A stretch of 49,099 nt of DNA. It comes from Phoronis australis (Eukaryota > Animalia > Phoronida). Within the stretch, counting starts at the first letter, position 1. Each line of letters opens with the position of its first letter. The translations under genes and the position numbers were made by a program. Location of the stretch: the NCBI GenBank assembly GCA_002633005.1, contig NMRA01000893.1, positions 1 to 49,099 on the forward strand, in the 5' to 3' direction. The notes under the pieces were generated by a model. It saw only the letters and a list, made by a program, of their open reading frames with translations, was not told where the DNA came from and searched no databases. This document shows, piece by piece, positions 24,682-36,533 of the stretch.

Positions 24682-24991
24682 CAGTGGCGGATATAGGATA
24701 TAACTGATGAGGGAGGCAACACTTTGTATTAGGCATCTAGCCCAAAATATAGGGGGCTCGAATTTGGGAGAATGTGGATCTTTCACTGAAAAACATACGT
24801 ACTAAAAAAACAACGGGAAAACGATGGTTCTGACACTTGCAATAGGGTATGAGGCCCCCCACACACGAACACAAAAACTACAAATGCCCACGTTAATTAC
24901 CGGGGTTAGTTAATAGACTCAATAATTCCTCACGCTCTTGCTGTTTCATATTTTTGCGGCAGCCAAAGGGGTAACCTTAAATCCGCCTATG
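24682..24991. mobile_element. 310-bp MITE with imperfect TIRs and 5-bp TSD (TATTA)
   Basis: TATTA|CAGTGGCGGATATAGG ... CTTAAATCCGCCTATG|TATTA; the same right-end motif recurs near 47485 (CCTAAATCCGCCTAT). Confidence 0.6.
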
Positions 24992-26763
24992 TATTACTTG
25001 TCCTAGTACTAATTCATCTTATCTTGGTGAACTGGTAATTCGTATAGTTTGAAACGAAATGGTCTCACAGTTAATTTTTACCAATATCATTTTTACACCA
25101 ATCAATGTACCCATTTTATCCGAATTTTTTTACAAAGTCAAACGTGAAAACTAAAACCCTATTAATCGCCAAGGGTCACGTCAGCAGAGTAGTGTTTGAG
25201 TCTCCGAGAAATTCTCAAGACCCTATTATTCATACCTGTTTCTGGGGCTAAGTGCGTGACATATGAGTCGTCTGTAAAGTAGACCAAAGATAACAGGGAC
25301 AGTCCTAAATGAAAAATTATGCCAGCTTGGATCTGTTTAGCATCTGGCTGCCAATGGTTAATTTGACAATGAGCTTAACAGCATACATAAAAGACTCTAA
25401 TCAACGCTTTACCATATTCCCCGACACCGATGTAGGCAGTTCTTGCAAATTAGCGGAAGATGCGAAATTGTGGTTAGCGAACTTTTTATTATTCTCTTCA
25501 TACGCCCCACCCCCCGCAAATTTGTCGCTCCCCGCAACTCGCCATAAAATTTCAGACTCCAACAGAAATAATTTTGTTCCGACCGAAGCACGAAATAATA
25601 AACAAAATTATTCCTGGTGGCTAAAAGGGCACAGTGTAGGTGGTAACGATAGCCAGAGAGTCACCCCTACTAGAAGGATTTTGTCTCGCAAAATCGCATT
25701 ATAATAACATTTCTTACTATTGCAGTCTTTCAACATCTTTTTACCGCTAACCATCAGGCTAGCCGCTCGCCAGCTCGTCATTGGCAAATTCTGAGCGTCA
25801 TTGGCGATGGTAGAGCTACATGTAGGTCCATTTGCCAGCTTTGCGAAGACTTTCGCAACTTGACAATAAAAATTAATAATTTCCGGTAACCCTCTCTCGT
25901 GTCAACTCACAGGCATATCGAATCAAGGCGCGGCAACAACGACCTTCACATTTCGATGGAGTACCCTTATTACGTTGTAAAATCTGGAAAAATGCTAGAA
26001 TAGTTCACAAAAGCCTCAGGGTTTCATAATAGCTTGTCTGGATTACGTCCTGTCTTTGATCAAATACGGGTTTCCTATGGAGGTCCAGATTTCCCTATAT
26101 ATTCGAAAGTTCTGAGAGGTAATCTGGCAATTCCAGAGTTTGACCAAACACAGACAAGTTGGTGAGTTGGAACTTCTTTTTGTTAAAATTATTCATACAT
26201 GTAAGTCTAAGCTGAGAATCGTGTGAAAAGTTAAAGCTTTGGCAATGCTAATAAGGTATACATCCCCCTTTCTCGCTATGGTAACGGTGCTCCGTCAAGT
26301 TTTGCCCTAACAAGAACTTTTCGCTCAGCATGTTCGACTGCAATCACGTTGCAGTTCCGTCTGTAAATACTAAAGAATAAATATAACGTTTTCCTTTTGT
26401 TCCATTCACGCCAATATTTCTACGCAGTGTTTAAGAAAATTTAATTTTTCGCCTGAGCCTAGCTAAGCCTACTTAAATTTTGCTTTCATCTGGTAAAAAT
26501 TCGAAATGTCGGAAAATGTTCCGGAAAAATACTCGCAAGAACGTCCTTTTTGTGTCAAATATTTCAATAAATTCAAACTTTCTGAAGCGTGCGCGTACAA
26601 GTAAACATTGACCGGAAAGAAATTGTTCAATACCGATTTTATGTACTAAGAGACATATATTGTTCAGGACCAACTGAGAGCGTTGATTTATTACAGGTAC
26701 TTTCATGTAAACAATTTTTGTGGATTTTTAAGATGTTTTTCCTGGAATCAAGAAAGTTTATCA

Positions 26764-27420
26764 TACGGACACAAAATTTGCAATGTTTAGGCTTTGTTCA
26801 TTAGATTACATGAACATATTTACTGAAAACATTTCCAAAGAATAATCCGAAAAAAATCTGCAAAAGAGACTTCCATGAGCAGGTCTTATTCTGAAAAATG
26901 TAATGCAGCAAAACAACAAAAGTAATCACTTTTTAACTTTAATACCGAATCTTTCCTCTAAATCCAAGAAAAATCACAAGTGGAGGGGAATTCTATAATT
27001 GTCCACTTTTAGGTGGATAATAATAGAACTTAAACTTCTTTTAAACAGTGGGATCAAGATGAATTAAAATGTTGGAGTATTTTTATTTTCTCCTACGAAC
27101 ACAAAATTTGCAGTATTAAGGCTTTCTTAAATTGAATACAGGTGAACGTTTACTGAAAGCAATTTCGCAAGATTAATAAAAAATTCTGCAAAAGAGACAT
27201 GCATTATCCGGTATTATTCTTAAAAAGACCATGCAGCAAACACCACAACAATAATCACTTTTTAACTTTAATACTGAAACATGCATCTAAAATCAAGTAA
27301 ATCAAGAGTCGACGCGAGTTCCCTTGTTATCCGCATTTAAGTGGATAATATTAGAACTTAAAAGTGTTTTAACCCGTGGGATTAAGATGAGTTCAAAGGT
27401 TGGAGGAATTTTATTTGCTT
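26764..27420 (+). repeat. Two-copy tandem duplication, period ~330 bp
   Basis: TACG(G/A)ACACAAAATTTGCA at 26764 and 27094; shared CTGCAAAAGAGAC, TAATCACTTTTTAACTTTAATAC, GTGGATAATA.TAGAACTTAAA. Confidence 0.9.
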
Positions 27421-28426
27421 TGGTAATTCCTCTGCATTCATTTACTACATTGAAGCTCCCAAAACCATGAACAATCTAGTAAACCTTGACTGCAATATAT
27501 GCTACAGCTTGGTCAGAAAGTATTACAGTCTCGTTATAGAAATGACACAAAGTTTAAAACGAGGTAATCTAGATAAGAGCAACGACAAGCGTTGAAGTTC
27601 GCCTACGATAGCACTATAGACGGTTCGATTCATTGGCATCTTAAAAAACACAATTAAGTCACTCAGAATTTGTGGATCCGTCAAAAATGGAAAGCTTTGC
27701 CTTATGATGCCTTTTGTGAAAACCTAGTTGTCAAATAGTATGTAAATTGGTTAAGGAAATTCGAAGATTGAAATGCAAACATACAACATAAACTTGGCAC
27801 TAGGCGGCACAGCGGTATTCGAAACTGTGCGAAACAAACTGTCATTGCTTACCACATTCACTAGGAATCAAGTTTCCATCGCAGAATGATGTTGATTGAC
27901 CAACTGCCAAAAGGACTGTATGGAGGGGACATTTAAATTACTGAAATAAATAGGGCACCTGGATTTCACTTGAAAGTATTTTGCCATGTTTAGCCAATGT
28001 TACGTTTGTGGCTATATCGACTCTTTTTCAGAAATAATTTATCGTACTAATTGTGAGACTTGACCAATTTCAGAATGTCCCTTCCGTTAGAAAATATGAG
28101 TGGGACTGAAAAGTTTATCTCATTAATATATGATTGGAATCAAATTCACGATTCCCTGTAAACTAGTCATGCTCCTACCTTTGGCTAGAGTTCCTAATAA
28201 ACAAATATGTTTTCCCTTTTTCAAATTATTTCACATAGAAAAAGAGATGTAACAGAGGGTATATTTTGTTACGGGGAGGACAATTTGTACACGGGAGACA
28301 ACTTGTTACGGAATGGAGATAATTTAAGGTTCAAGCAACAAGTGCAAATTCAACAAACTACATCATTTTGTTTGAAGCAGTAAATCAACAAAAACAAATT
28401 TAAATAATCTCGCAATAGCAAGGTTA

Positions 28427-28513
28427 AACACGCATATGCGTCACACAAATACACACACACGCACCCCCACACACACGCACACATACAAACACGCATACGC
28501 ACACACATACATA
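28427..28513. repeat. Imperfect (CA)n/(CACG/CATA) microsatellite
   Basis: ACACACAC/GCATAC alternation. Confidence 0.85.
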
Positions 28514-28904
28514 CGAATTTCTATTAGAATAAACAGGCCTCCTGTCCCCATTGCAAATTACCAAAACAGCAGATTTAAATTTACACTGAAAACGTACAGC
28601 ACGATGTGCTGCTATTGAAAGTATTAGAGTCCCTTTTAATTGCTTTTGAGAAGCCTGTTTTGATTGAGTAGTGAACAGGGTCGCGCCGCACGTTACACTT
28701 GTTTGCGTGACTTTCCTGCTACTCCGTCCCCTTCATTTGTCATTTTTTGCAGTATTTCACACCCGCCGTGTCCGACCGTGAGTGTCATCAGCTTATGCTC
28801 TATGGTGGCATTACTGCATCGTTTTATCTTCACTTGAGAATGAAACAAGTACATGTATGTTTCAAAATATCGTGTGTGTCTGATAATTATGTCGCTAGGT
28901 CAGT

Positions 28905-31510
28905 TACTTTATCTATATTCAGATGAGAGTAGAGTTTTGTTCTGAAAGTGTGAACGAAACGGAATAAAGACTGTGAACAGTGAAAAGTGTCGTGCGTTTA
29001 ACCAATTCTGTATAACTGTATACGTCACTAAAATATCTTTTTCCAGCAGCTTCTGCATGTACAATATACATGTAGCATGCCTTAAATTTGTCGCGTCTTC
29101 TGATTGTAAGAGTCTGTTCAACTTGGCAAACCTTGTTGAAATATAACCAATAAAACTGCTTCAAAGCTTCATTATATAAAGGGCATTTAAACAAAAATGT
29201 GTTCTGTTTCAGTACAATTCATAATACAGCATAGGCCTATTTTCTCGTTAACGGCGAGACCAATGTGTCTCCTAGCTTTAACATTCATAAGAGAATGGCC
29301 ACAACACGTCTAACCAAAGCAGATCTGAGCAAAACGCTATATAAATACATTTACCTTAAACAAGCTTGCAAAGAGAAATTCATTTTAAAAAGTTTATACA
29401 TATCTAACGACTGTGAGGAAATTTTATCTTCCCCGTATTGCACGACAACGTCAATAGATCGCTGCTTAAATTGCTTAATAAAATTATACACGTTTATTTC
29501 CTAGCCCTTGGTTGAGCCATAAGATTCCGAAACCATATTTGTAAAGAATTATCTTCACATTTAACCGTCAACAAAGTCAATTGATTAAATACATGTACAT
29601 CCATTTAACACTATGCATGATAACACATTTTAGTGTGAAACAGTGATTCGAGAACTCTAAACCAGTACTTGATTACTCTGCTGAAAGATGTTGTGCCTAA
29701 TTAAAACCGTCAATATATCAATTTGTAACAAACGCCACTATGTGACGGTCTGGACAACATTATGTGCAAATACACTGTACATGTTCTTCAGGAAAGAACA
29801 ATTTGTTAATAAAATGCGATTATAAAAAACAACAAAACTGATACACTTGAAAACCAGTGTGAACATAGAGAAAATCGTAATAATTCCAATAATTACACAA
29901 TCGTTATTTGATGGTAAAATGAACAAATAATGAAAATTGTGCCTTGTTTTAGTAAGGTAGCGATGACATATTACCATACTCATGTACAAAATAGTCTCTC
30001 CACGCCAGACATTCACGTAGTTGTAATGGTAACTGGTTTTTCATATGCTTACCGGCACACTGGAAGACCCGGAGTTGTTTGTGCACTATTACTTCATTTG
30101 CATATTCACAATTTGATGAGGCACAGCTTCTTTAACGTGAATAGTTTTATACATGTAGCTGTTCTTTCATGTTCACCTGTAGCTGCAGCATTGGAGACGT
30201 TCTGGCCAAGTTGTAACACATATTTGCAGAACCGTTATTATGAACCGTTTCTGGGGTTTTAGTTTCATAGAGACTCCATATTTCTGACCCATACAACAAA
30301 CTTTTTAGTGTCACATAAGTTCCACCACTTTGAAATCGGCATGTCGACAAATTTTACCATGTTAAAATACAAAAACAAGTAGTGCTTTCAATGCTTTTTC
30401 ACATAGTATTTTTAGGCCTTTGTGAAGACACCTTTGGTGGAGAACGTTACACCTACAAAACCGTATTTAGCACCCACCTCAATTTTTCACCGTATATCTT
30501 CCATTATTTATAATGTATAAAATAACCACACTTTCTAAAAATGTGATTTTTGTCTTGGACATGTTTACGCACGATTTCCACCTGTAACAGCAATCTTCTA
30601 ATTTCCCAATCAGTGTTTTCATAGCCACAACTGTTTCAGAAAGTAGAATCAGATCGCCAGCAAGCAATAGCATATGCACATTGAGCAATCTTACGTTGAC
30701 ACATTATCCACCAACAGCTTCTAAGTCGTTTTCTGGGTCATTCAAAAACATCGAAAATAAAAATGGTGACCGCTGGCAACCGTGGCAAACTCCTGGTTTG
30801 CATTTAAAAACTCTGTTGCAAATACTGTATCACCAATCAGGACACGTGTTTTATATTTCCATACATATTCTTCAATACATTTTACATTTTACATTTGATA
30901 CCAAAAAGAATGCGATTACATTTCAATTCTTCTCTCCACGCATGGTCTAATGACTTCTGGAAAAAAGGCAATAATACAGCCCTCGCTGTTTATTAATGTG
31001 TTTTGAAACTAGAGTGTTAAGAATAATCATGTAGTTAATAGTCGAGAAACCTTTGCAAAAACCCGCTCGAGCCTCACTTAAACATAGTACATGTACTCCT
31101 CTGCTCAGGTATTCAACCTGTTACATAACACACGTGCGAAGATCTTTCCGGCCACTTGCAAGAACGTACTACAATTCTGCACCATATCCCCTTTCTCAAA
31201 ATTTGAAATTCTATTTGTTCCCCTCCGTTACATTTCATAAAAGGGCCACAAACCTATTTTTTTTCTGAATCTTTCTGAAACGTGTCATAGTCCACAACAA
31301 TTTGACAAGAAGTTCTCACAAAAAGTACAAATAATTTTCCCGCCACCTTCAAGAGCAGACATCTGCATTATTTCCTCTTTCTCAAAAAATGAAATGCTAT
31401 TGACCCCTTTCGTTGTACCTCATCAAGAGAGTCACAAACCTTGTTAATTTCTCTGAGTCTTTCTAAAACTTGTCATAGTCTACAACAACTTAGCAAGAAT
31501 GTTTCACAAC
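28905..31510 (-). mobile_element. Decayed 5'-truncated non-LTR retrotransposon (RTE/RTEX-like ORF2: RT + C-terminal Cys motif), interrupted by a MITE
   Basis: Minus-strand frameshifted motifs in RT order: GKIFARVLCNRLNT, LSEARAGFCKGFST, FKCKPGVCHGCQRSPFLFSMFLND, LLLAGDLILLSET (decayed ADD box), VNMSKTKI, LLYGSEIW, RSALVR..GHSL..C..TEHIF..CPLY. Confidence 0.85.
29686..30131. mobile_element. 446-bp TTAA-type MITE (Kolobok-like), copy 2, inserted in the LINE
   Basis: TGAA|AGATGTTGTGCCTAATTAAAACCGTCAATAT ... ATATTCACAATTTGATGAGGCACAGCTTCT|TTAA; ~30-bp imperfect TIR with AG..CT termini. Confidence 0.75.
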
Positions 31511-31950
31511 CGGTCCAAGTCTCTAAGTTGACTAGTCTAAAATAACAGACAACTATTTAGTTGTGTTTTGCTTTCCGTCACGCGAGCAATCCAGTGGAAT
31601 CGCCTTTTAATCTATGTCTGCATGTCGGTGCTTCCCTGTGCTTCCGTAGACGTAAGGAAAATGCCGATATCTCTCAAAGTCTTGTACTGTATAATTGTGT
31701 GTTCTCGTGAGTGTCTTACGCCTTCCGACCGCAGTAGAAATGGTCGCTATTCCAAAATTCTATTACGTACTGTCCTTCGCTATCAGTAACAACATGCCAA
31801 TCGACGAGGTAGTTACATGTACATGCTGCTACTTTCCAGAGAGAGTGAAAATGTCTATTGCACGATTCATTTTTAGGAGCAGTAAAAATAGATATGTTGT
31901 TTTTTATATTCACAGGATTATCATTACCAGAGCTGCTCGCAAGTTTCAAG

Positions 31951-32005
31951 ATGAATCTTCTTCTTATTGCATGCATTGTGATACTGCCAGCTGCTCATTA
32001 CGCAG
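31951..32005 (+). CDS. C-type lectin exon 1 (signal peptide)
   Basis: aagATG, hydrophobic MNLLLIACIVILPAAHYA, donor G|GTaaca; an upstream acceptor cacAG at 31915 suggests a 5' UTR intron. Confidence 0.75.
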
Positions 32006-35000
32006 GTAACAATGATGTTTTTAAGCGAAAGTGCACCAGCAACTTCTGCAGCACCGAGAGTTCAGGGCACTGAGCGACAGAAAAGCGAAGTGCTGGCATT
32101 TATTGAATCCTTTGTGTTTGCGACCGAAATCTCACTCTCTTACATACATGGAATACCTTATATCGTCGCAAACAAATATTAGAGTTGTCAAAAAAATGAG
32201 CACAAGCTGATCAACCTTCCTGTATGAAGCAAATCAGTTGGATCTTCTTTTTGTGGATATTCAGAGTTCATATACGCAAACCCTACGGAAACCTCTCAAT
32301 ATTCTGTTAAATAATTAAAAAATAATAATTACTTCATGATCACAAAATTTGTTGTCATATAAGGACTGTTATAACAGAGCGCAATGATTTTAGATTTACT
32401 TAAAAGTAACAATTATTTTGATATGTTACACATACACCTTAAAATGTGTAAGTGTAACTTTAGAAAATTGTCCAATAACATTGTTATATCAGAACCAATA
32501 GCAGATGGGATCTAAAGAAGTTCACTATGATGTATGTGTAGGCTCTACCTCTATAAGCCGTTAGAGATTGTTATTAAATTGTTTAACTTTTTCTTCGCCT
32601 GCAATAGAGAATTGGTTTTCATAAAAAATCAAAAGCTGTCTTAAATAAAACGAAAAATTCATTTAGAAATCTGCGAAAAGGTCTTGGATATTGATTCTTG
32701 ATTGCTAATACCAAAAGTAACTTTACTGTTCTTTATAACGCTTTTTACATGTACCAGAGATGAACCTTCTTTTTCGAATATTTTACTGAGATGTAAAAGT
32801 CTTAGTCAAGTCACCTAATTAAAGACAGAATGCTACTTTCAGAAATTATGTGCCTTTATTAGGCTTTTAGTAACGGATTGATATCATTTCCGAATTTTAG
32901 TCGTTTGACTCTCCACAACAGTAATTTAGATGCAGAGACTAGAATTCTCAAAGTCCCTCGATATACACTCTAGAGCAACCAACACGCCGGGAGGAGGACT
33001 ATCTTCAACATATTGGGTATAAAATGCCCCGAAACATTACTAAACGATGACTTCCCCATGTCACACAGAGATGATACCAGAAGATTTTATGAAAAAGCAA
33101 CAACTTTTTTAAAATAAAAACGAGAGATTTAGAGAAAAAAACATTAACCGTGTTTTAAGATTCACATTGAGCAGTGATATCAAACTGATGTCACTACCGT
33201 CTGATTGCTATCATTGTTTTGCTTTGGATGCATTTTTTGCTTTTTAAGAAGACATACAGGTAGTTACGAGGCGCAACTAATGGCAATCGATATGAAGCTA
33301 CTCAACAATTTCTACACGACTTCCGTTTTCGTATTCAGAAATTATGTACTTACGCTGCACTAGAATTTGTGGCAATTTAGGATATATAGCTAAGAACAAA
33401 GGCAAGTCGATAAGGCCGACACGTTTTGAAAATCTGCCAAAAGGTCAATTGGATATATCACGAATTCTCCTACATAATCTCACGGCAAAAAGATTCATGT
33501 TTAATTTCCAATAGATGTTTGAATTTTTGTAACAAAATTATCCACTGAAACCATCGTCGACTCTCAAGGTGTCAATTAAACATTAAAAGTTAAGAAAATG
33601 CTTAGTAAATCAACAAGCGAGACAAACCTTGCGCGAGGTATTCGACGGTTGTTTCTCGAGGAACCCGTCTTTACCTGTAAGATCCACTGAGTATCATATT
33701 GGCTGCACTTGATTGATTTTGACGGTTCCGCTGGGCCAACAGGTCGGATATCTAATTAGTTCTTAATGGCGATTTCGTACTTTCAGGCCAGTCAGATGTC
33801 TAAGCCGATTGAAATCGGCAAATAATCACTTGATCCTGCAGCAACTTCGTATCTCCTGGATGGTGTACATGTACCAGTACTTGAGTGACTTGACGTTGCG
33901 AAAACGGTCTTAACTGAATCATTAAAACAGGGTCGAATTTCTTTTTAAATTAAATGACACCAAAATCGCAAGACTCAGGTAACAAAGGGTTTAATTTTGT
34001 ATCGTTTCAGCTATTACTCCACAGGTAACGTATAATAAGATTGCGTACAGAGGAATTACCGATAAGAGAACGTGGGATGAGCAACGTAAAGCATGTCGCA
34101 AACTGGGAGCAGGTTGGGGAATGCATCGTGTCATAACACCAGGACAAATGGACGTGACAGTGAAACACATTCTTCCGAAGATGAGTAAGTTCACGTATTT
34201 TAAAATCTTCTTCACTGAACAGTGCTGTAGTGGGGCATACGCATACGTACATGTAGGCGCAGCCAACCACCCTTTTGCTTTTTGACGTAGCGGCTACCCA
34301 TCGTACATGTAAGTTATGGTATAGTGGGGTCTAGGCGCACATAGTTGCAGCCAACCTCCTTTTTACAGTACATTTTTTGTAGCAAGCACCTTTTTACATT
34401 TTAACATAGCGTTTTCGCGCCGTAAGTGACGGTAGAGTGGTACGTAGCTTCGAGTAGACACGATAGATTACGGCATCAATGCGCTACCCTGACGACAACA
34501 TTGTTGCCGAATATTCCGGCGCGCGTGACCACCAGGCATACATATGTGGTTAGAGAGTAATGGATTTTTCATGAATGCTTCAAAATAAAGAAACAGTTAT
34601 GGTATCCCAAAGGGCCTCGAGGACACACCCGACTGGCGACTAAAAATCGCCGCCAGTCTATAATTTCTGGGCGTTACATTCCTATTTTCCTTCATTAATT
34701 GTTCCTGGGCTCCTTCAAAGCCGCTTGGAATGCACATGCACCTTTGCCTTTGAATACAGTGTATGTGTGTTTGGACCCTCTTTCTCCGACATCCAAGATC
34801 CGCCAAAGCAGACTCTATGTTACTACCCACTCGTGAGACAAAAAGTAGGCCTACATTTTTTGTGAGTCAGATTTTGCGAATTCAATGTGCTTTTAAAATT
34901 CAGCGCTCAAGGCGATACGATGGGCTTTGGGCGTCTACTTACCTCAAATTTTACCACTACAGCATTGGCGCATTCTCCGTGAACATCTATTTTTCGTGCA

Positions 35001-35975
35001 TAGCTGTCTTCTTGACTTGTAATGAACTTCCTTGTGAGTGCAGAACTCAACAGATTTAGCTAGTTTTGGGGCTTGAAAACAAATTTCACTCAGCCTATAC
35101 CGCCTTTTCGTTAGGGTATCCAAGAATCCAAAACTTGAAAGAGTGACGGGTATGCCGCACTAAAGACGGCACAAACCATACGCAGACTTCATAAGCGTAC
35201 AAATTACATTAAAACATACCTCAAATTTATTATTTTTTTCATTCCTTATGATTAACAAAACTGCAGGAGTTAAAATATTCACTCTGTTAGATTCACTTTT
35301 ACATTTGGTGAAAATAACGAAACAGGCACTGTGTGTCTGAGGGGTAGGCCTACCTGAACTTCCTGCTCAATTTCAACTTCCCACCTTTAAGAACAGCCAT
35401 TGTGGAGACAAAATAAAACGAAAGGTCACCAAAGTCGCGCCCAAAGTGGCTCTAATACAAGCCCTTAATCGTAATTACTCTGCGTGTGCAAGCGCAGAAT
35501 ATTGTTGTTCCTGGCTTTTCTTCAACTTTATTCTTATTCTTCTTATTCTTATCCTTCTTCCGACCAAGTTTGACACTTAATAACTCCAAAATCGTTGCAG
35601 GTATTTTCATCTGCAGTTAGAATCTCAAGATGCCCAGCCCACACGGCAAGCAGTGAGATGTGGGGATGTAATTAACAGCTAGGCAACCAACTGTATCAAA
35701 GCATGTTCGACTGTTGATCCCTTTCAGGTCTTAGCGGCAATCAACAAATCTGGATTGGAGGTAGCGATAGATTCTGCGAGGGGACGTGGTTTTGGGAAAA
35801 TGACTTGACTCTCATTGACCAAGATATCCTTCCAAAGAGAGATGATGATGGACTCGGGAACAAAGCTCACGAAGATGGTGCCGTAGAGAACTGCTTGGAA
35901 ATGTGGCCCGCACTGAATGGAGTTAACGATCGGCCGTGCGACAAGAGATACCCAGTTCTCTGTCGCAGGTATTAA
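31951..35975 (+). CDS. Secreted single-domain C-type lectin (158 aa), 3 coding exons: 31951-32005, 34011-34184, 35728-35975
   Basis: Spliced frame MNLLLIACIVILPAAHYA|AITPQVTYNKIAYRGITDKRTWDEQRKACRKLGAGWGMHRVITPGQMDVTVKHILPKM|SLSGNQQIWIGGSDRFCEGTWFWENDLTLIDQDILPKRDDDGLGNKAHEDGAVENCLEMWPALNGVNDRPCDKRYPVLCRRY*; two phase-1 GT-AG introns; signal peptide; CTLD motifs TW...C..LG, WIG, ENC, ND.PC, terminal C. Confidence 0.88.
34011..34184 (+). CDS. C-type lectin exon 2 (CTLD N-half)
   Basis: gtttcAG / GTaagt; open 174-nt phase 1-1 exon with TWDEQRKACRKLG. Confidence 0.88.
35728..35975 (+). CDS. C-type lectin exon 3 (CTLD C-half, stop)
   Basis: ctttcAG acceptor; WIGGSD, EGTWFW, ENCLEM, NDRPC, VLC; TAA 35973-35975. 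Confidence 0.9.
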
Positions 35976-36383
35976 TGTGTCAAAAGACATAGAATTATCG
36001 CATTTCTTGTCAAGGAGTCAGTTTAAAAATGCGAAATACATATCGATTCATCCGTGTTCTTGTGTATTGTACCACGGTCGGTTTTTGGCCCATTTTGAGG
36101 TCTGCGGGAGTGGTAAAGTAGATTAGGGGCCTAGAACAAGGAGAATTGGTCGTCACAAGCAAACTTGATCTGGTGTCAATTTGAAAGAGGCTTTCTCAAA
36201 AACATATGCGTCACGTTTGCATCATGAACTTTACATTCGGAACCCTCGTCTACTACGCTGCAATTATTTTGCCAGTCAACATACAGGCCACGTTGTTTTA
36301 CGACAGCCTAAGCCAATGCGACAATAAGTTCCAAGGAGTAGTGATAATTGCATGGTAACTCTCCACCGGTATAGACTGTCCTG

Positions 36384-36533
36384 GTGTGCGTTCAGTAACG
36401 CTAGGACTTACGCTAGGACCTAGCTAAAATCTAGCCAAAGTCACGTGTTTTCATTTAAAATACACGGCAATATCTCACGTAATCTCGCGAAGTCTTGCTT
36501 TTTAGCGAGGTCCTAGCGTTACTGAACGGGAGG
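36384..36533. mobile_element. 150-bp MITE, 19-bp perfect subterminal IR, CTG TSD (Harbinger-like)
   Basis: CTG|GTGTG-CGTTCAGTAACGCTAGGAC ... GTCCTAGCGTTACTGAACG-GGAGG|CTG; the paralogous arm (17779-17797 rc: GACTGTCCTGGTGTTAGTT) shows the empty site. Confidence 0.85.

Noticed and set aside
26020-26161. Open stretch ending in a GTGAGT donor (LSGLRPVFDQIRVSYGGPDFP...)
   Set aside because: No recognisable homology or partner exons; weak acceptor
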